Positions 6,995-14,661 of a stretch of 25,586 nt of DNA are shown one piece after another. This DNA is from a virus, in the UHGV virus genome UHGV-0108017. One strand, 5' to 3'. The number at the start of each line of letters is the position of its first letter. Within the stretch, counting starts at the first letter, position 1. The translations under genes and the position numbers were made by a program. Under the pieces are notes generated by a model. The model made no database searches, had not been told where the DNA came from, and worked only from the letters and a program-made list of their open reading frames with translations.

Positions 6995-7688
6995 AGACTG
7001 GGGTATTGATAAAAGTTGTGGCCGGGACGTCCTGGTGTACAAAAGCTGTAGCGTGATTGAAGGAGAAGATGCCTGGCAGGTTCTGGATATACTTCGTTCT
7101 GCTTTATGCAGAGCTGGCTATGTTACGCCAGCGTCAGTTAATGGCGGAACTGCCACTACCTGTATCAGAAAGCAACTTTATAGTTTTTATACAGCCTACA
7201 ACCGATGGTTAAAGAATGGGGCAATGGAGACGGGCGATGATGTATTTACCCGGGCTGCCGGATTATGTGCCAATGCTTACGATTATTTTGAATCAACCGG
7301 TGCAGACAGTGAAGCCGCATTAGAACAATTACATGCGGACTTTATCTCAGCAGGGCTGAATGAGAAATTGCCATTTAACCGGGACAGCAAACATTACAGA
7401 AACGAAAGCAAATTGGCCAGATGCCACCAGAATTCAGCACGTGTGGCATGGGTTGAAAAACACTGTATTAGTTCTGATTCAGAAATAACGGGGAAAAAGA
7501 CAGTCGGTGAAACATCGTATTCGTGGCTGGGGAAATTTACCACGGTGAAACAGGAATGCCCGACCTGCGGTAATGAATCCCCTGAATATCTGAAAGAGTG
7601 TCCCCATTGTGGCGGGCAGAAATGCAACCACTGTGATATGGGCGATGACACGGCGTGCATGAATTGTGAAGGTGAACAGAATGAATAA
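6984..7688 (+). CDS. hypothetical protein with C-terminal 4x CxxC zinc-ribbon cluster
   Basis: Start proposed at GTG 6984, 6 nt after AGGAGG (6972-6977); the ORF track extends to 6921 inside the upstream gene. C-terminus CPTCGN...CPHCGGQKCNHCD...CMNCEGE. Confidence 0.5.
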   Translation: MKFEDWGIDKSCGRDVLVYKSCSVIEGEDAWQVLDILRSALCRAGYVTPASVNGGTATTCIRKQLYSFYTAYNRWLKNGAMETGDDVFTRAAGLCANAYDYFESTGADSEAALEQLHADFISAGLNEKLPFNRDSKHYRNESKLARCHQNSARVAWVEKHCISSDSEITGKKTVGETSYSWLGKFTTVKQECPTCGNESPEYLKECPHCGGQKCNHCDMGDDTACMNCEGEQNE

Positions 7689-7989
7689 TGGCGTATTTAC
7701 AAAATCCGAGGAACTGACAGCGTTGTTGACGGCGGCTGGTTTTCCTGAAGATGTGATCGGTAACTTTGTGGCGGCGGTATATGCCCCGTCTTATAACCGT
7801 GCAATTGATGAGGTCATGGCGTACCGACTCGGCATTGTTGCTGAGTCACTGAGTCCTCACTGGATTATTGAAAATCTCCGCGCTATTGCTGATGGCAACG
7901 ATAAATCAGCAGCCGTTGCTGCACTGGATGTGTTACGGCAAATGAGTCTGAAATTTTATCCTGAATTTATTCTGAGGGCCGCAAAATGA
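7681..7989 (+). CDS. hypothetical early protein
   Basis: ATG 7681 overlaps the upstream stop; the ORF-track start 7666 is a GTG. 102 aa, no recognisable motif. Confidence 0.45.
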   Translation: MNNGVFTKSEELTALLTAAGFPEDVIGNFVAAVYAPSYNRAIDEVMAYRLGIVAESLSPHWIIENLRAIADGNDKSAAVAALDVLRQMSLKFYPEFILRAAK

Positions 7990-8288
7990 ACAATGAAGAT
8001 AAATTTACTCCCCTTAATATTGATAACGTCATGGCTGAAAAAAGGATGCTGGAACGTGTTCGCGCTATCGTTGAATATGGTATTAAGCATGAACTCACCG
8101 CCAGAGAAGTTCGTGACATTATCAACCGCGAAATGAATCGTCTGGAAACATTAGTGGCACTGCAAAATGAAACAGCCCGCGAGGAGTACATCCGCCGCAG
8201 GCTGGGGTTATCAGACCAGGATATTGTTACTGACGCTCATGTGTTTGAGGCTTTTGAGATCCGTCAGCATCTGGGCCTTACGAACTGA
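7986..8288 (+). CDS. hypothetical early protein (predicted helical / coiled-coil)
   Basis: 100 aa, ATGA overlap with the upstream gene; charged helical composition. Confidence 0.45.
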   Translation: MNNEDKFTPLNIDNVMAEKRMLERVRAIVEYGIKHELTAREVRDIINREMNRLETLVALQNETAREEYIRRRLGLSDQDIVTDAHVFEAFEIRQHLGLTN

Positions 8289-8300
8289 TGTGTAAATTCA

Positions 8301-8327
8301 GGCGGTGTTGCAGCACCGCCTCTTTCC
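8301..8327 (+). terminator. terminator-like hairpin (possible attenuator) upstream of gemA
   Basis: 7-bp GC-rich stem GGCGGTG (8301-8307) / CACCGCC (8314-8320), 6-nt loop, followed by TCTTTCC. Confidence 0.3.
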
Positions 8328-8339
8328 GGAGGTACGATC

Positions 8340-8891
8340 ATGAGTCGCACATCCCTGATTAAATTAATCCATGTTGCCCGTCGGGAGCTACAACTCGACG
8401 ACGACACTTACCGCGCTTTTCTGATGCAGAAAACGGGCAAAATCAGTTGCCGCGAGCTTACGGTTACGCAACTGGAACAGGTGCTCGATGCCATGAAAGA
8501 ACGCGGCTTTAAGAAGCTGAATAAATACCCCCGTCGCCGCTTTAAGGGACATGTCACACCCCGCGAGAAGGTGTATAAAATCTGGCAGCAGATGGCAGAA
8601 GACGGTTTTATTACCGATGGCGGTGATGTGGCGCTGGACAGATATGTTCAACGCCTGACCGCGAAACGCAACGGCGGACAGGGTGTTTCCACACTGGCGT
8701 GGTGTCATGGCGACACGCTGCTGACAGTCCTCGAAACACTCAAGCAGTGGCACATCCGCTGTATTCGTGAAGCCTTTTCCCGTCACGGGCTTCCGTTGCC
8801 GGTCAGTCCGTCCGGTCGTGAACTGCGCGGCTATGATGCCATGACGGCGGCTTATGCCCATGCCAGAAAGACACGGAGGATGGCACAATGA
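8340..8891 (+). CDS. gemA: GemA-like protein (Mu gp16 family)
   Basis: 183 aa directly upstream of and overlapping mor, as in Mu; N-terminus MSRTSLIKLIHVARRELQLDDDTYRAFL resembles the GemA family as recalled; GGAGG RBS. Confidence 0.65.
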   Translation: MSRTSLIKLIHVARRELQLDDDTYRAFLMQKTGKISCRELTVTQLEQVLDAMKERGFKKLNKYPRRRFKGHVTPREKVYKIWQQMAEDGFITDGGDVALDRYVQRLTAKRNGGQGVSTLAWCHGDTLLTVLETLKQWHIRCIREAFSRHGLPLPVSPSGRELRGYDAMTAAYAHARKTRRMAQ

Positions 8892-9277
8892 CGGAAGATT
8901 TATTTGGTGATTTGCAGGATGACACCATCCTGGCACATCTTGACAATCCCGCAGAGGATACGTCACGCTTTCCGGCACTGCTGGCGGAGCTGAACGATTT
9001 ACTACGCGGGGAATTGTCCCGGCTGGGTGTTGATCCTGCCCATTCACTGGAGATTGTTGTGGCTATCTGTAAGCATCTGGGCGGCGGTCAGGTCTACATT
9101 CCACGCGGTCAGGTTCTGGACTCGCTGATTCGGGATTTGCGTATCTGGAATGATTTTAACGGTCGCAACGTCAGCGAACTGACCACCCGTTATGGTGTCA
9201 CTTTCAATACGGTTTACAAGGCCATTCGCCGGATGCGACGGCTGAAATACCGCCAGTACCAGCCCTCACTTCTGTAA
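8888..9277 (+). CDS. mor: Mor-like middle-operon transcriptional activator
   Basis: 129 aa; C-terminal region is clearly paralogous to the C-like protein at 10070-10492 (GG-Q-YIP-G...RD...FNGRN..EL); ATGA-coupled to gemA. Confidence 0.8.
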   Translation: MTEDLFGDLQDDTILAHLDNPAEDTSRFPALLAELNDLLRGELSRLGVDPAHSLEIVVAICKHLGGGQVYIPRGQVLDSLIRDLRIWNDFNGRNVSELTTRYGVTFNTVYKAIRRMRRLKYRQYQPSLL

Positions 9278-9282
9278 ACAGT

Positions 9283-9308
9283 AAAGCCGGTTAATCCGGC
9301 TTTTTTTA
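9283..9308 (+). terminator. rho-independent terminator after mor (end of early operon)
   Basis: Stem AGCCGG (9285-9290) / CCGGCT (9296-9301), loop TTAAT, followed by a 7-T run. Confidence 0.7.
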
Positions 9309-9354
9309 CGCCCTCAATATCCTGTGATGAATAACCGTACCGGGGGAAATCATC

Positions 9355-9573
9355 ATGGGTAAAGGCTGGAATGCATCCTTTCATCTTGGCAGACGTGAGC
9401 GGCTGCGTCAGGAGGTTTTGCACCGTGTCGCCGGTGGGCCACGGCCTGCGCCCCGCGACTATACCGGTCATGATGGCACCCACGGCAGTTATTACATGAA
9501 AGGCTGGCAGTCAGTTGATATGCCGGAAATTCTTCATCATTGCCTGCTTTACAGGGAGAAACATGATGTCTGA
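9355..9573 (+). CDS. questionable small ORF at the start of the middle region
   Basis: 72-aa ORF with an odd composition; may be non-coding if the middle promoter lies here. Confidence 0.25.
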   Translation: MGKGWNASFHLGRRERLRQEVLHRVAGGPRPAPRDYTGHDGTHGSYYMKGWQSVDMPEILHHCLLYREKHDV

Positions 9574-9928
9574 GCGTTCTGCTCGTCAGTGGCCTGATTT
9601 TTTATCGGTGGTGTTACTGGCGCTGTTATTGTGGATAAGTCTGTTTTGTGGCTGGCGCGCGCTGATGTTTTGCTGTGCCTCGGTTTTCAGTGTTGCTTTA
9701 TGTGTTGCCGGTGATTGTCTGGATGCGCTGATAATGAGCTGCCGGGTGCCTGAACATTTTGCCCGGTTCGTCTGGCCTCTGACCTGGCTGGGGAGTCTGT
9801 CCGGGCTGGGATTAGCCGTGATGGCAACGTCTCAACTGAAAACGGGTCCTGAGCATGTCATCTGGGCGCTGGCCGGATTGCTGACGTTCTGGCTCTCCTT
9901 TCGTTTTCGCGCTCGTCTGTTCGGGTAA
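9563..9928 (+). CDS. predicted multi-pass membrane protein (middle operon)
   Basis: ATG 9563 with GGGAG RBS; hydrophobic segments LSVVLLALLLWISLFCGW, VFSVALCVAG, LGLAVMATS, VIWALAGLLTFWL; Cys-rich. Confidence 0.5.
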   Translation: MMSERSARQWPDFLSVVLLALLLWISLFCGWRALMFCCASVFSVALCVAGDCLDALIMSCRVPEHFARFVWPLTWLGSLSGLGLAVMATSQLKTGPEHVIWALAGLLTFWLSFRFRARLFG

Positions 9929-9937
9929 AGGGGCACC

Positions 9938-10057
9938 ATGTACAGAAAATTCAGTGATGAATGTTTCGGGCCGTCCACGCTGATTAGTGCGATAAAAGTG
10001 ATTGCCCTTGTGGTTCTGATAACCATCAGTGCCGTGGTGTATCTTTCTGTCTGTTAA
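9938..10057 (+). CDS. small single-pass membrane peptide (39 aa)
   Basis: ATG 9938 with AAGGGG 6 nt upstream; MYRKFSDECFGPSTLISAIKVIALVVLITISAVVYLSVC; not in the ORF track (below its length cutoff). Confidence 0.4.
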   Translation: MYRKFSDECFGPSTLISAIKVIALVVLITISAVVYLSVC

Positions 10058-10069
10058 CCGGGGGAAAAT

Positions 10070-10492
10070 ATGCAGCATGATTTATTTGAACACGATCCGG
10101 CAATTCGCCAGTTAATCGGACATATTGATAACATCCCGGCCCCGGAACTGGAATCACGCTGGCCCCGTTCGGTGGTTGATCTGATTGATGTTCTGGAAAA
10201 CGAACTGAAACGCCAGAACGTCAGCAATCCCCGTGAGCTTGCCCGTAAACAGGCCGTTGCCCTGTCCTGTTTTCTGGGCGGACGGCAGTTTTACATCCCC
10301 TGCGGCGATACGATCCTGACCGCGTTACGCGACGATTTGCTTTACTGCCAGTTCAATGGTCGTAACATGGAAGAACTGCGTCGCCAGTATCGCCTGTCCC
10401 AGCCGCAGATCTACCAGATTATTGCCCGCCAGAGAAAGCTGCATACACGACGTCATCAGCCTGATCTGTTCTCACCTGAAAGCCAGAAATAA
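10070..10492 (+). CDS. C: C-like late-gene transcriptional activator (Mor/C family)
   Basis: 140 aa; paralogous to the Mor-like protein; sits immediately upstream of the lysis/late region as in Mu. Confidence 0.8.
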   Translation: MQHDLFEHDPAIRQLIGHIDNIPAPELESRWPRSVVDLIDVLENELKRQNVSNPRELARKQAVALSCFLGGRQFYIPCGDTILTALRDDLLYCQFNGRNMEELRRQYRLSQPQIYQIIARQRKLHTRRHQPDLFSPESQK

Positions 10493-10513
10493 CCGGCATC
10501 CTGCCGGTTATTT
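10491..10513 (+). terminator. terminator-like hairpin after C
   Basis: Stem AACCGGCA (10491-10498) / TGCCGGTT (10502-10509), 3-nt loop, followed by ATTTCC (weak U-tract). Confidence 0.4.
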
Positions 10514-10516
10514 CCT

Positions 10517-10583
10517 GTCACCATAATCCCGCACCTGCCATCTGATTTTTTAGACTGCCATCAGAGCATTTTTTCAGGGAAGC
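10517..10583 (+). promoter_or_regulatory. candidate C-dependent late promoter upstream of lys
   Basis: Contains ATAATCCC and TCCCGCACCT (10527-10536), a 10-mer repeated upstream of gene I (18111-18120). Confidence 0.4.
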
Positions 10584-11102
10584 ATGATGGCGGGGATACC
10601 AAAAAAACTGAAAGCCGCACTGCTGGCGGCAACGATTGCCGGTGGCAGTGTGGGTGGTTATCAGGAAATGACCCGTCAGTCTCTGATCCATCTGGAAAAT
10701 ATCGCTTATATGCCTTACCGCGATATTGCCGGTGTGCTTACGGTCTGTGTGGGACATACCGGGCCGGATATCGAAATGCGCCGTTACAGCCATGCGGAGT
10801 GTATGGCTCTTCTCGACAGTGATTTAAAACCGGTTTATGCGGCAATCGATCGTCTTGTCAGGGTGCCGCTGACGCCATATCAGAAAACGGCGCTGGCAAC
10901 GTTTATTTTCAACACCGGTGTTACCGCATTCAGTAAATCAACGCTGCTGAAAAAACTCAATGCCGGTGATTACGCCGGAGCGCGTGACCAGATGGCCCGC
11001 TGGGTGTTTGCCGCAGGCCATAAATGGAAAGGACTGATGAACCGTCGCGAAGTGGAAATGGCTATCTGGAATATCAGGGGGGCGGATGACCTTCGCCAGT
11101 AA
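10584..11102 (+). CDS. lys: endolysin, phage lysozyme (GH24-like) with SAR-type N-terminus
   Basis: E-x8-D-x5-T catalytic spacing (ENIAYMPYRDIAGVLT); weakly hydrophobic Gly/Ala-rich N-terminus LKAALLAATIAGGSVGG. Confidence 0.8.
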   Translation: MMAGIPKKLKAALLAATIAGGSVGGYQEMTRQSLIHLENIAYMPYRDIAGVLTVCVGHTGPDIEMRRYSHAECMALLDSDLKPVYAAIDRLVRVPLTPYQKTALATFIFNTGVTAFSKSTLLKKLNAGDYAGARDQMARWVFAAGHKWKGLMNRREVEMAIWNIRGADDLRQ

Positions 11103-11472
11103 AAGTTTACTGCTGGCAGCCGTGTTTGCCGCCGTTCTGTCCGGGGTGTTGTGGCACAGGCTGGACAGCACCCGCCACGATAACCAGACGCTGCGCCGTG
11201 AATTACAGACGGAGCAACAGGCCCGCCACACTGCTGAATGGTTGTTACACGGTCAGGAACAGACGATGCAGGTATTTTCCGCTATCCGTGCCGCAAATCG
11301 TGCCGCACGGCTGGCAGATGAGACAGAACATCATGATGCAAAAGAAAAAATTACAACCGCCATTACCGGTGACAATTGCAGCACTCGTCCTGTGCCTGCC
11401 GTTGCTGCTGACAGGTTGCGGGAACTCGAAAAACGCACCCGTGCCATCGGTGGTGATCCTGCCCGAAACTGA
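11086..11472 (+). CDS. i-spanin (Rz-like)
   Basis: N-terminal TM (LLLAAVFAAVLSGVLW) followed by a charged coiled-coil region; start overlaps the end of lys. Confidence 0.65.
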   Translation: MTFASKSLLLAAVFAAVLSGVLWHRLDSTRHDNQTLRRELQTEQQARHTAEWLLHGQEQTMQVFSAIRAANRAARLADETEHHDAKEKITTAITGDNCSTRPVPAVAADRLRELEKRTRAIGGDPARN

Positions 11473-11674
11473 TGCAGAACTGACGGAAGCCACGCCCGTT
11501 CCGCCCATGCCACAGCCCCTGACGTGGGGTGCATCCCTTCTCTGGAATGCTGACCTGTTGATGGCGCTCGGGCAGTGCAACCGCGACAAGGCATCAGTCC
11601 GGGAACAGGAGACCCGAAGGAAAGAAATTTATGAACGAAGACCAGAACCGGGCGGTGGCGCTGCTGCTCGCTGA
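11318..11674 (+). CDS. o-spanin (Rz1-like outer-membrane lipoprotein), overlapped with the i-spanin gene
   Basis: In the +1 frame of the i-spanin; signal peptide with lipobox LLTGC; proline-rich mature region; start among ATG 11318/11333/11336. Confidence 0.6.
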   Translation: MRQNIMMQKKKLQPPLPVTIAALVLCLPLLLTGCGNSKNAPVPSVVILPETDAELTEATPVPPMPQPLTWGASLLWNADLLMALGQCNRDKASVREQETRRKEIYERRPEPGGGAAAR

Positions 11675-11825
11675 ACTCTGGCAGGGGGATACCCGTGATA
11701 TTCCCCGCCCGGCGGCGTATGACCCGCCTGTATTGTGTGCCGGTTGCGGTCGTGAGCTGCGGCCTGATGTGCTGAGACAGCAGCCGATGGCGAACTACTG
11801 CCACTGGTGCCGTGGAGCAGAATAA
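11631..11825 (+). CDS. TraR/DksA-like C4 zinc-finger protein
   Basis: 64 aa; CAGCGRELRPDVLRQQPMANYCHWC = CxxC-x17-CxxC; AAGGAAAG RBS. Confidence 0.6.
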   Translation: MNEDQNRAVALLLAELWQGDTRDIPRPAAYDPPVLCAGCGRELRPDVLRQQPMANYCHWCRGAE

Positions 11826-12124
11826 TGGATTTGATTTCAGTTTTAGCGTTATGGCCTTACCTGTTGCCTGTTGTGGCCGGTGGGGCCGTCTGGGCGATGC
11901 GTCGTAGTTTTGCCAGCACCGAGCGTGTGGAGCGTCTTGAAAACCGGATGACCGAAATGGAAACCCGCTACGCCAGCATCCCTGGCACAGAAGATGTACA
12001 CGAAATGCGCCTGCGAATTGCAGAGCTGTCCGGCGATATCCGGGTGCTGTCCCAGCGGGTGCAGTCATTTTCCCATCAACTGGAGCTGCTGCTTGAAAAC
12101 GCAGTAAACCGGAGTAATTCATGA
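11825..12124 (+). CDS. membrane-anchored coiled-coil protein (Mu gp25-like position)
   Basis: ATG 11825 overlaps the upstream stop; the ORF-track start 11807 is a GTG. N-terminal TM (LISVLALWPYLLPVVAGGAVWA) then helical region. Confidence 0.55.
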   Translation: MDLISVLALWPYLLPVVAGGAVWAMRRSFASTERVERLENRMTEMETRYASIPGTEDVHEMRLRIAELSGDIRVLSQRVQSFSHQLELLLENAVNRSNS

Positions 12125-12411
12125 TTAACGATATTCTGACCGAAGACCGTCGTCTGGTCATCCTGCGTTCCCTGATGGACTGCAATAACGAAGCCAACGA
12201 ATCCATCCTTCAGGACTGTCTGGATGCATACGGACACAACGTTTCCCGTGATGTGGTTCGCGGCCAGATTGACTGGCTGGCAGAGCAGCAACTGGTCACC
12301 GTGGAAAACCTGCGCGGCTTTTATGTCGTAACGCTGACCTCCCGTGGTCAGGATGTGGCGGAAGGCCGTGCCCGCATTGCCGGTGTCAAGCGTCCGCGTC
12401 CCCGTGCATGA
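12121..12411 (+). CDS. hypothetical protein (Mu gp26-like position)
   Basis: 96 aa, ATGA-coupled to the upstream gene; conserved late-operon position. Confidence 0.5.
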   Translation: MINDILTEDRRLVILRSLMDCNNEANESILQDCLDAYGHNVSRDVVRGQIDWLAEQQLVTVENLRGFYVVTLTSRGQDVAEGRARIAGVKRPRPRA

Positions 12412-12998
12412 CAGGAGGCGTGATGGACAGGAAAACACGGGGACGGGCTTCAAAAGTGGATTTACTGCCGGAAAATGTACGTAAAACGCTGCATGAAATG
12501 CTGCGTGATAAGGCGATCCCACAGGCCCGCATTCTTGAAGAAATTAACGCACTGATTGAAGACGCTGGCCTGCCGGATGAGATGAAACTCTCCCGTTCAG
12601 GTCTGAACCGTTACGCGACGAACGTCGAGCAGGTAGGCCATAACCTGCGGCAGATGCGTGAAATGACGTCAGCACTGACCGCAGAACTTGGCGACAAGCC
12701 AATGGGTGAAACCACAAAGCTGATTCTGGAAATGGCCCGCAGCCAGCTTTTTAAGGCCATGATGCGGCAAATCGAAAACCCGGAATCTGACGTGGATATT
12801 GACCTGCTGAAAAATGCCATGCTGGCGGCACAGCGTCTGGAATCCACGGCAATGTCCAGCCACCGGCGCGAGAAAGAAATCCGCCAGGCATTCGCAGAAG
12901 AAGCGGCAAACGCCGTCAGTGAAGAACTGCGCGGGCAGGATGGCATCAGCGAAGAGCTGGAGCAGCGTATCCGTGATGTGCTGCTGGGTAAGGCATGA
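12408..12998 (+). CDS. putative small terminase subunit (Mu gp27-like)
   Basis: 196 aa immediately upstream of the large terminase; AGGAGG at 12413-12418 suggests the true start may be ATG 12423. Confidence 0.5.
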   Translation: MTGGVMDRKTRGRASKVDLLPENVRKTLHEMLRDKAIPQARILEEINALIEDAGLPDEMKLSRSGLNRYATNVEQVGHNLRQMREMTSALTAELGDKPMGETTKLILEMARSQLFKAMMRQIENPESDVDIDLLKNAMLAAQRLESTAMSSHRREKEIRQAFAEEAANAVSEELRGQDGISEELEQRIRDVLLGKA

Positions 12999-13005
12999 GA
13001 GGGTT

Positions 13006-14661
13006 ATGAACACCAGAGAAAACAATCTTAAAGCCCTTCATGCCCCCCGAAAAATCGACCTGCGTAAGGAAGCCGAACTGCTGGGCGTGAATATCGTTAC
13101 CGATATCGGGGAAGCACAGCCTCGCAATGAACCGGTTTTTCTGGGTTATCAGCGCCGCTGGTTTGAGGATGAAAGCCAGATTTGTATTGCTGAAAAATCC
13201 CGTCGTACCGGTCTGACATGGGCCGAAGCGGGCCGCAATGTCATGACGGCAGCAAAGCCGCGTCGCCGTGGCGGTCGCAACGTTTTTTATGTGGGTTCCC
13301 GTCAGGAAATGGCGCTGGAATACATTGCCGCCTGTGCCCTGTTTGCCCGCGCCTTTAACCAACTGGCAAAGGCTGACGTATGGGAGCAGACCTTCTGGGA
13401 CAGCGACAAAAAAGAAGAAATCCTCACTTATATGATCCGTTTCCCTAACAGCGGATTTAAGGTGCAGGCGCTGTCAAGCCGTCCGTCTAACCTGCGTGGT
13501 TTGCAGGGAGACGTGGTGATTGATGAGGCGGCATTTCATGAAGCCCTGGACGAACTCCTGAAAGCGGCTTTTGCTCTCACCATGTGGGGTGCCCGCGTGC
13601 GGATCATATCGACACATAACGGCGTCGATAACCTGTTTAACCAGTACATTCAGGATGCGCGCGAGGGGCGCAAGGATTACAGCGTTCACCGCATCACGCT
13701 GGATGATGCCATCGCTGACGGGTTGTACCGACGTATCTGTTACGTCACGAATCAGCCGTGGTCGCCGGAAGCGGAAAAAGCCTGGCGTGATGGCCTGTAC
13801 CGGAATGCGCCGAATAAAGAGAGTGCCGACGAGGAATACGGCTGCATTCCCAAAAAATCCGGGGGCGCTTATCTGTCACGCGTGCTGATTGAAGCCGCCA
13901 TGACGCCAGTGCGGGATATCCCGATTCTGCGTTTTGAAGCCCCGGACGATTTTGAATCGCTGACACCACAAATGCGCCACGGCATCGTTCAGGACTGGTG
14001 TGAACAGGAGCTGCTCCCGTTGCTCGATGCGCTGTCGCCGCTCAATAAACACGTACTGGGCGAAGACTTTGCACGCCGTGGCGACCTGACGGTGTTTGTG
14101 CCGCTTGCCATCACTCCTGACTTACGCAAACGCGAATGTTTCCGCGTGGAGCTGCGTAATGTGACCTATGACCAGCAGCGACAAATCCTTTTATTCATTC
14201 TGTCCCGTTTGCCCCGTTTTACCGGCGCTGCATTTGATGCCACCGGTAACGGCGGTTATCTGGCAGAAGCCGCCCGTCTGATTTATGGCCCGGAGATGAT
14301 CGACTGCATCAGTCTGACCGCCGCCTGGTATCAGGAGTGGATGCCGAAACTGAAAGGCGAGTTTGAAGCGCAGAACATCACGATTGCCCGGCATCAGACC
14401 ACACTCGATGACCTGCTTCATATCAAGGTGGACAAAGGTATTCCGCAGATTGATAAGGGGCGCACAAAAGATGAAAGCGGTAAAGGCCGACGACATGGTG
14501 ACTTTGCCGTGGCGCTCTGTATGGCTGTCAGGGCGTCTTATATGAATGGTTTTGTTATCGACGAGGACAGCATACAGGCGCTGCCACCACGCCACCGTGG
14601 TGATGATGTTGATAACGATGATTTTGATGATTATCACCAGTTTGAACGAGGGGGCTGGTAA
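13006..14661 (+). CDS. terminase large subunit (Mu gp28-like)
   Basis: Start at ATG 13006 just after the small-subunit stop; the ORF-track start 12814 lies inside the upstream gene. Deviant Walker A (AEKSRRTGLT), Walker B (VVIDEAAF); 551 aa. Confidence 0.8.
   Translation: MNTRENNLKALHAPRKIDLRKEAELLGVNIVTDIGEAQPRNEPVFLGYQRRWFEDESQICIAEKSRRTGLTWAEAGRNVMTAAKPRRRGGRNVFYVGSRQEMALEYIAACALFARAFNQLAKADVWEQTFWDSDKKEEILTYMIRFPNSGFKVQALSSRPSNLRGLQGDVVIDEAAFHEALDELLKAAFALTMWGARVRIISTHNGVDNLFNQYIQDAREGRKDYSVHRITLDDAIADGLYRRICYVTNQPWSPEAEKAWRDGLYRNAPNKESADEEYGCIPKKSGGAYLSRVLIEAAMTPVRDIPILRFEAPDDFESLTPQMRHGIVQDWCEQELLPLLDALSPLNKHVLGEDFARRGDLTVFVPLAITPDLRKRECFRVELRNVTYDQQRQILLFILSRLPRFTGAAFDATGNGGYLAEAARLIYGPEMIDCISLTAAWYQEWMPKLKGEFEAQNITIARHQTTLDDLLHIKVDKGIPQIDKGRTKDESGKGRRHGDFAVALCMAVRASYMNGFVIDEDSIQALPPRHRGDDVDNDDFDDYHQFERGGW

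Noticed and set aside
11331-12206. 291-aa minus-strand ORF across the lysis cassette
   Set aside because: Antisense to four tightly coupled plus-strand genes with clear features (lipobox, zinc finger, TM); Arg/Ala/Pro-rich composition typical of antisense frames in GC-rich DNA.
12814-13005. 5' extension of the terminase ORF in the ORF track
   Set aside because: The extension lies entirely within the upstream gene; ATG 13006 directly follows that gene's stop and gives a typical terminase size.
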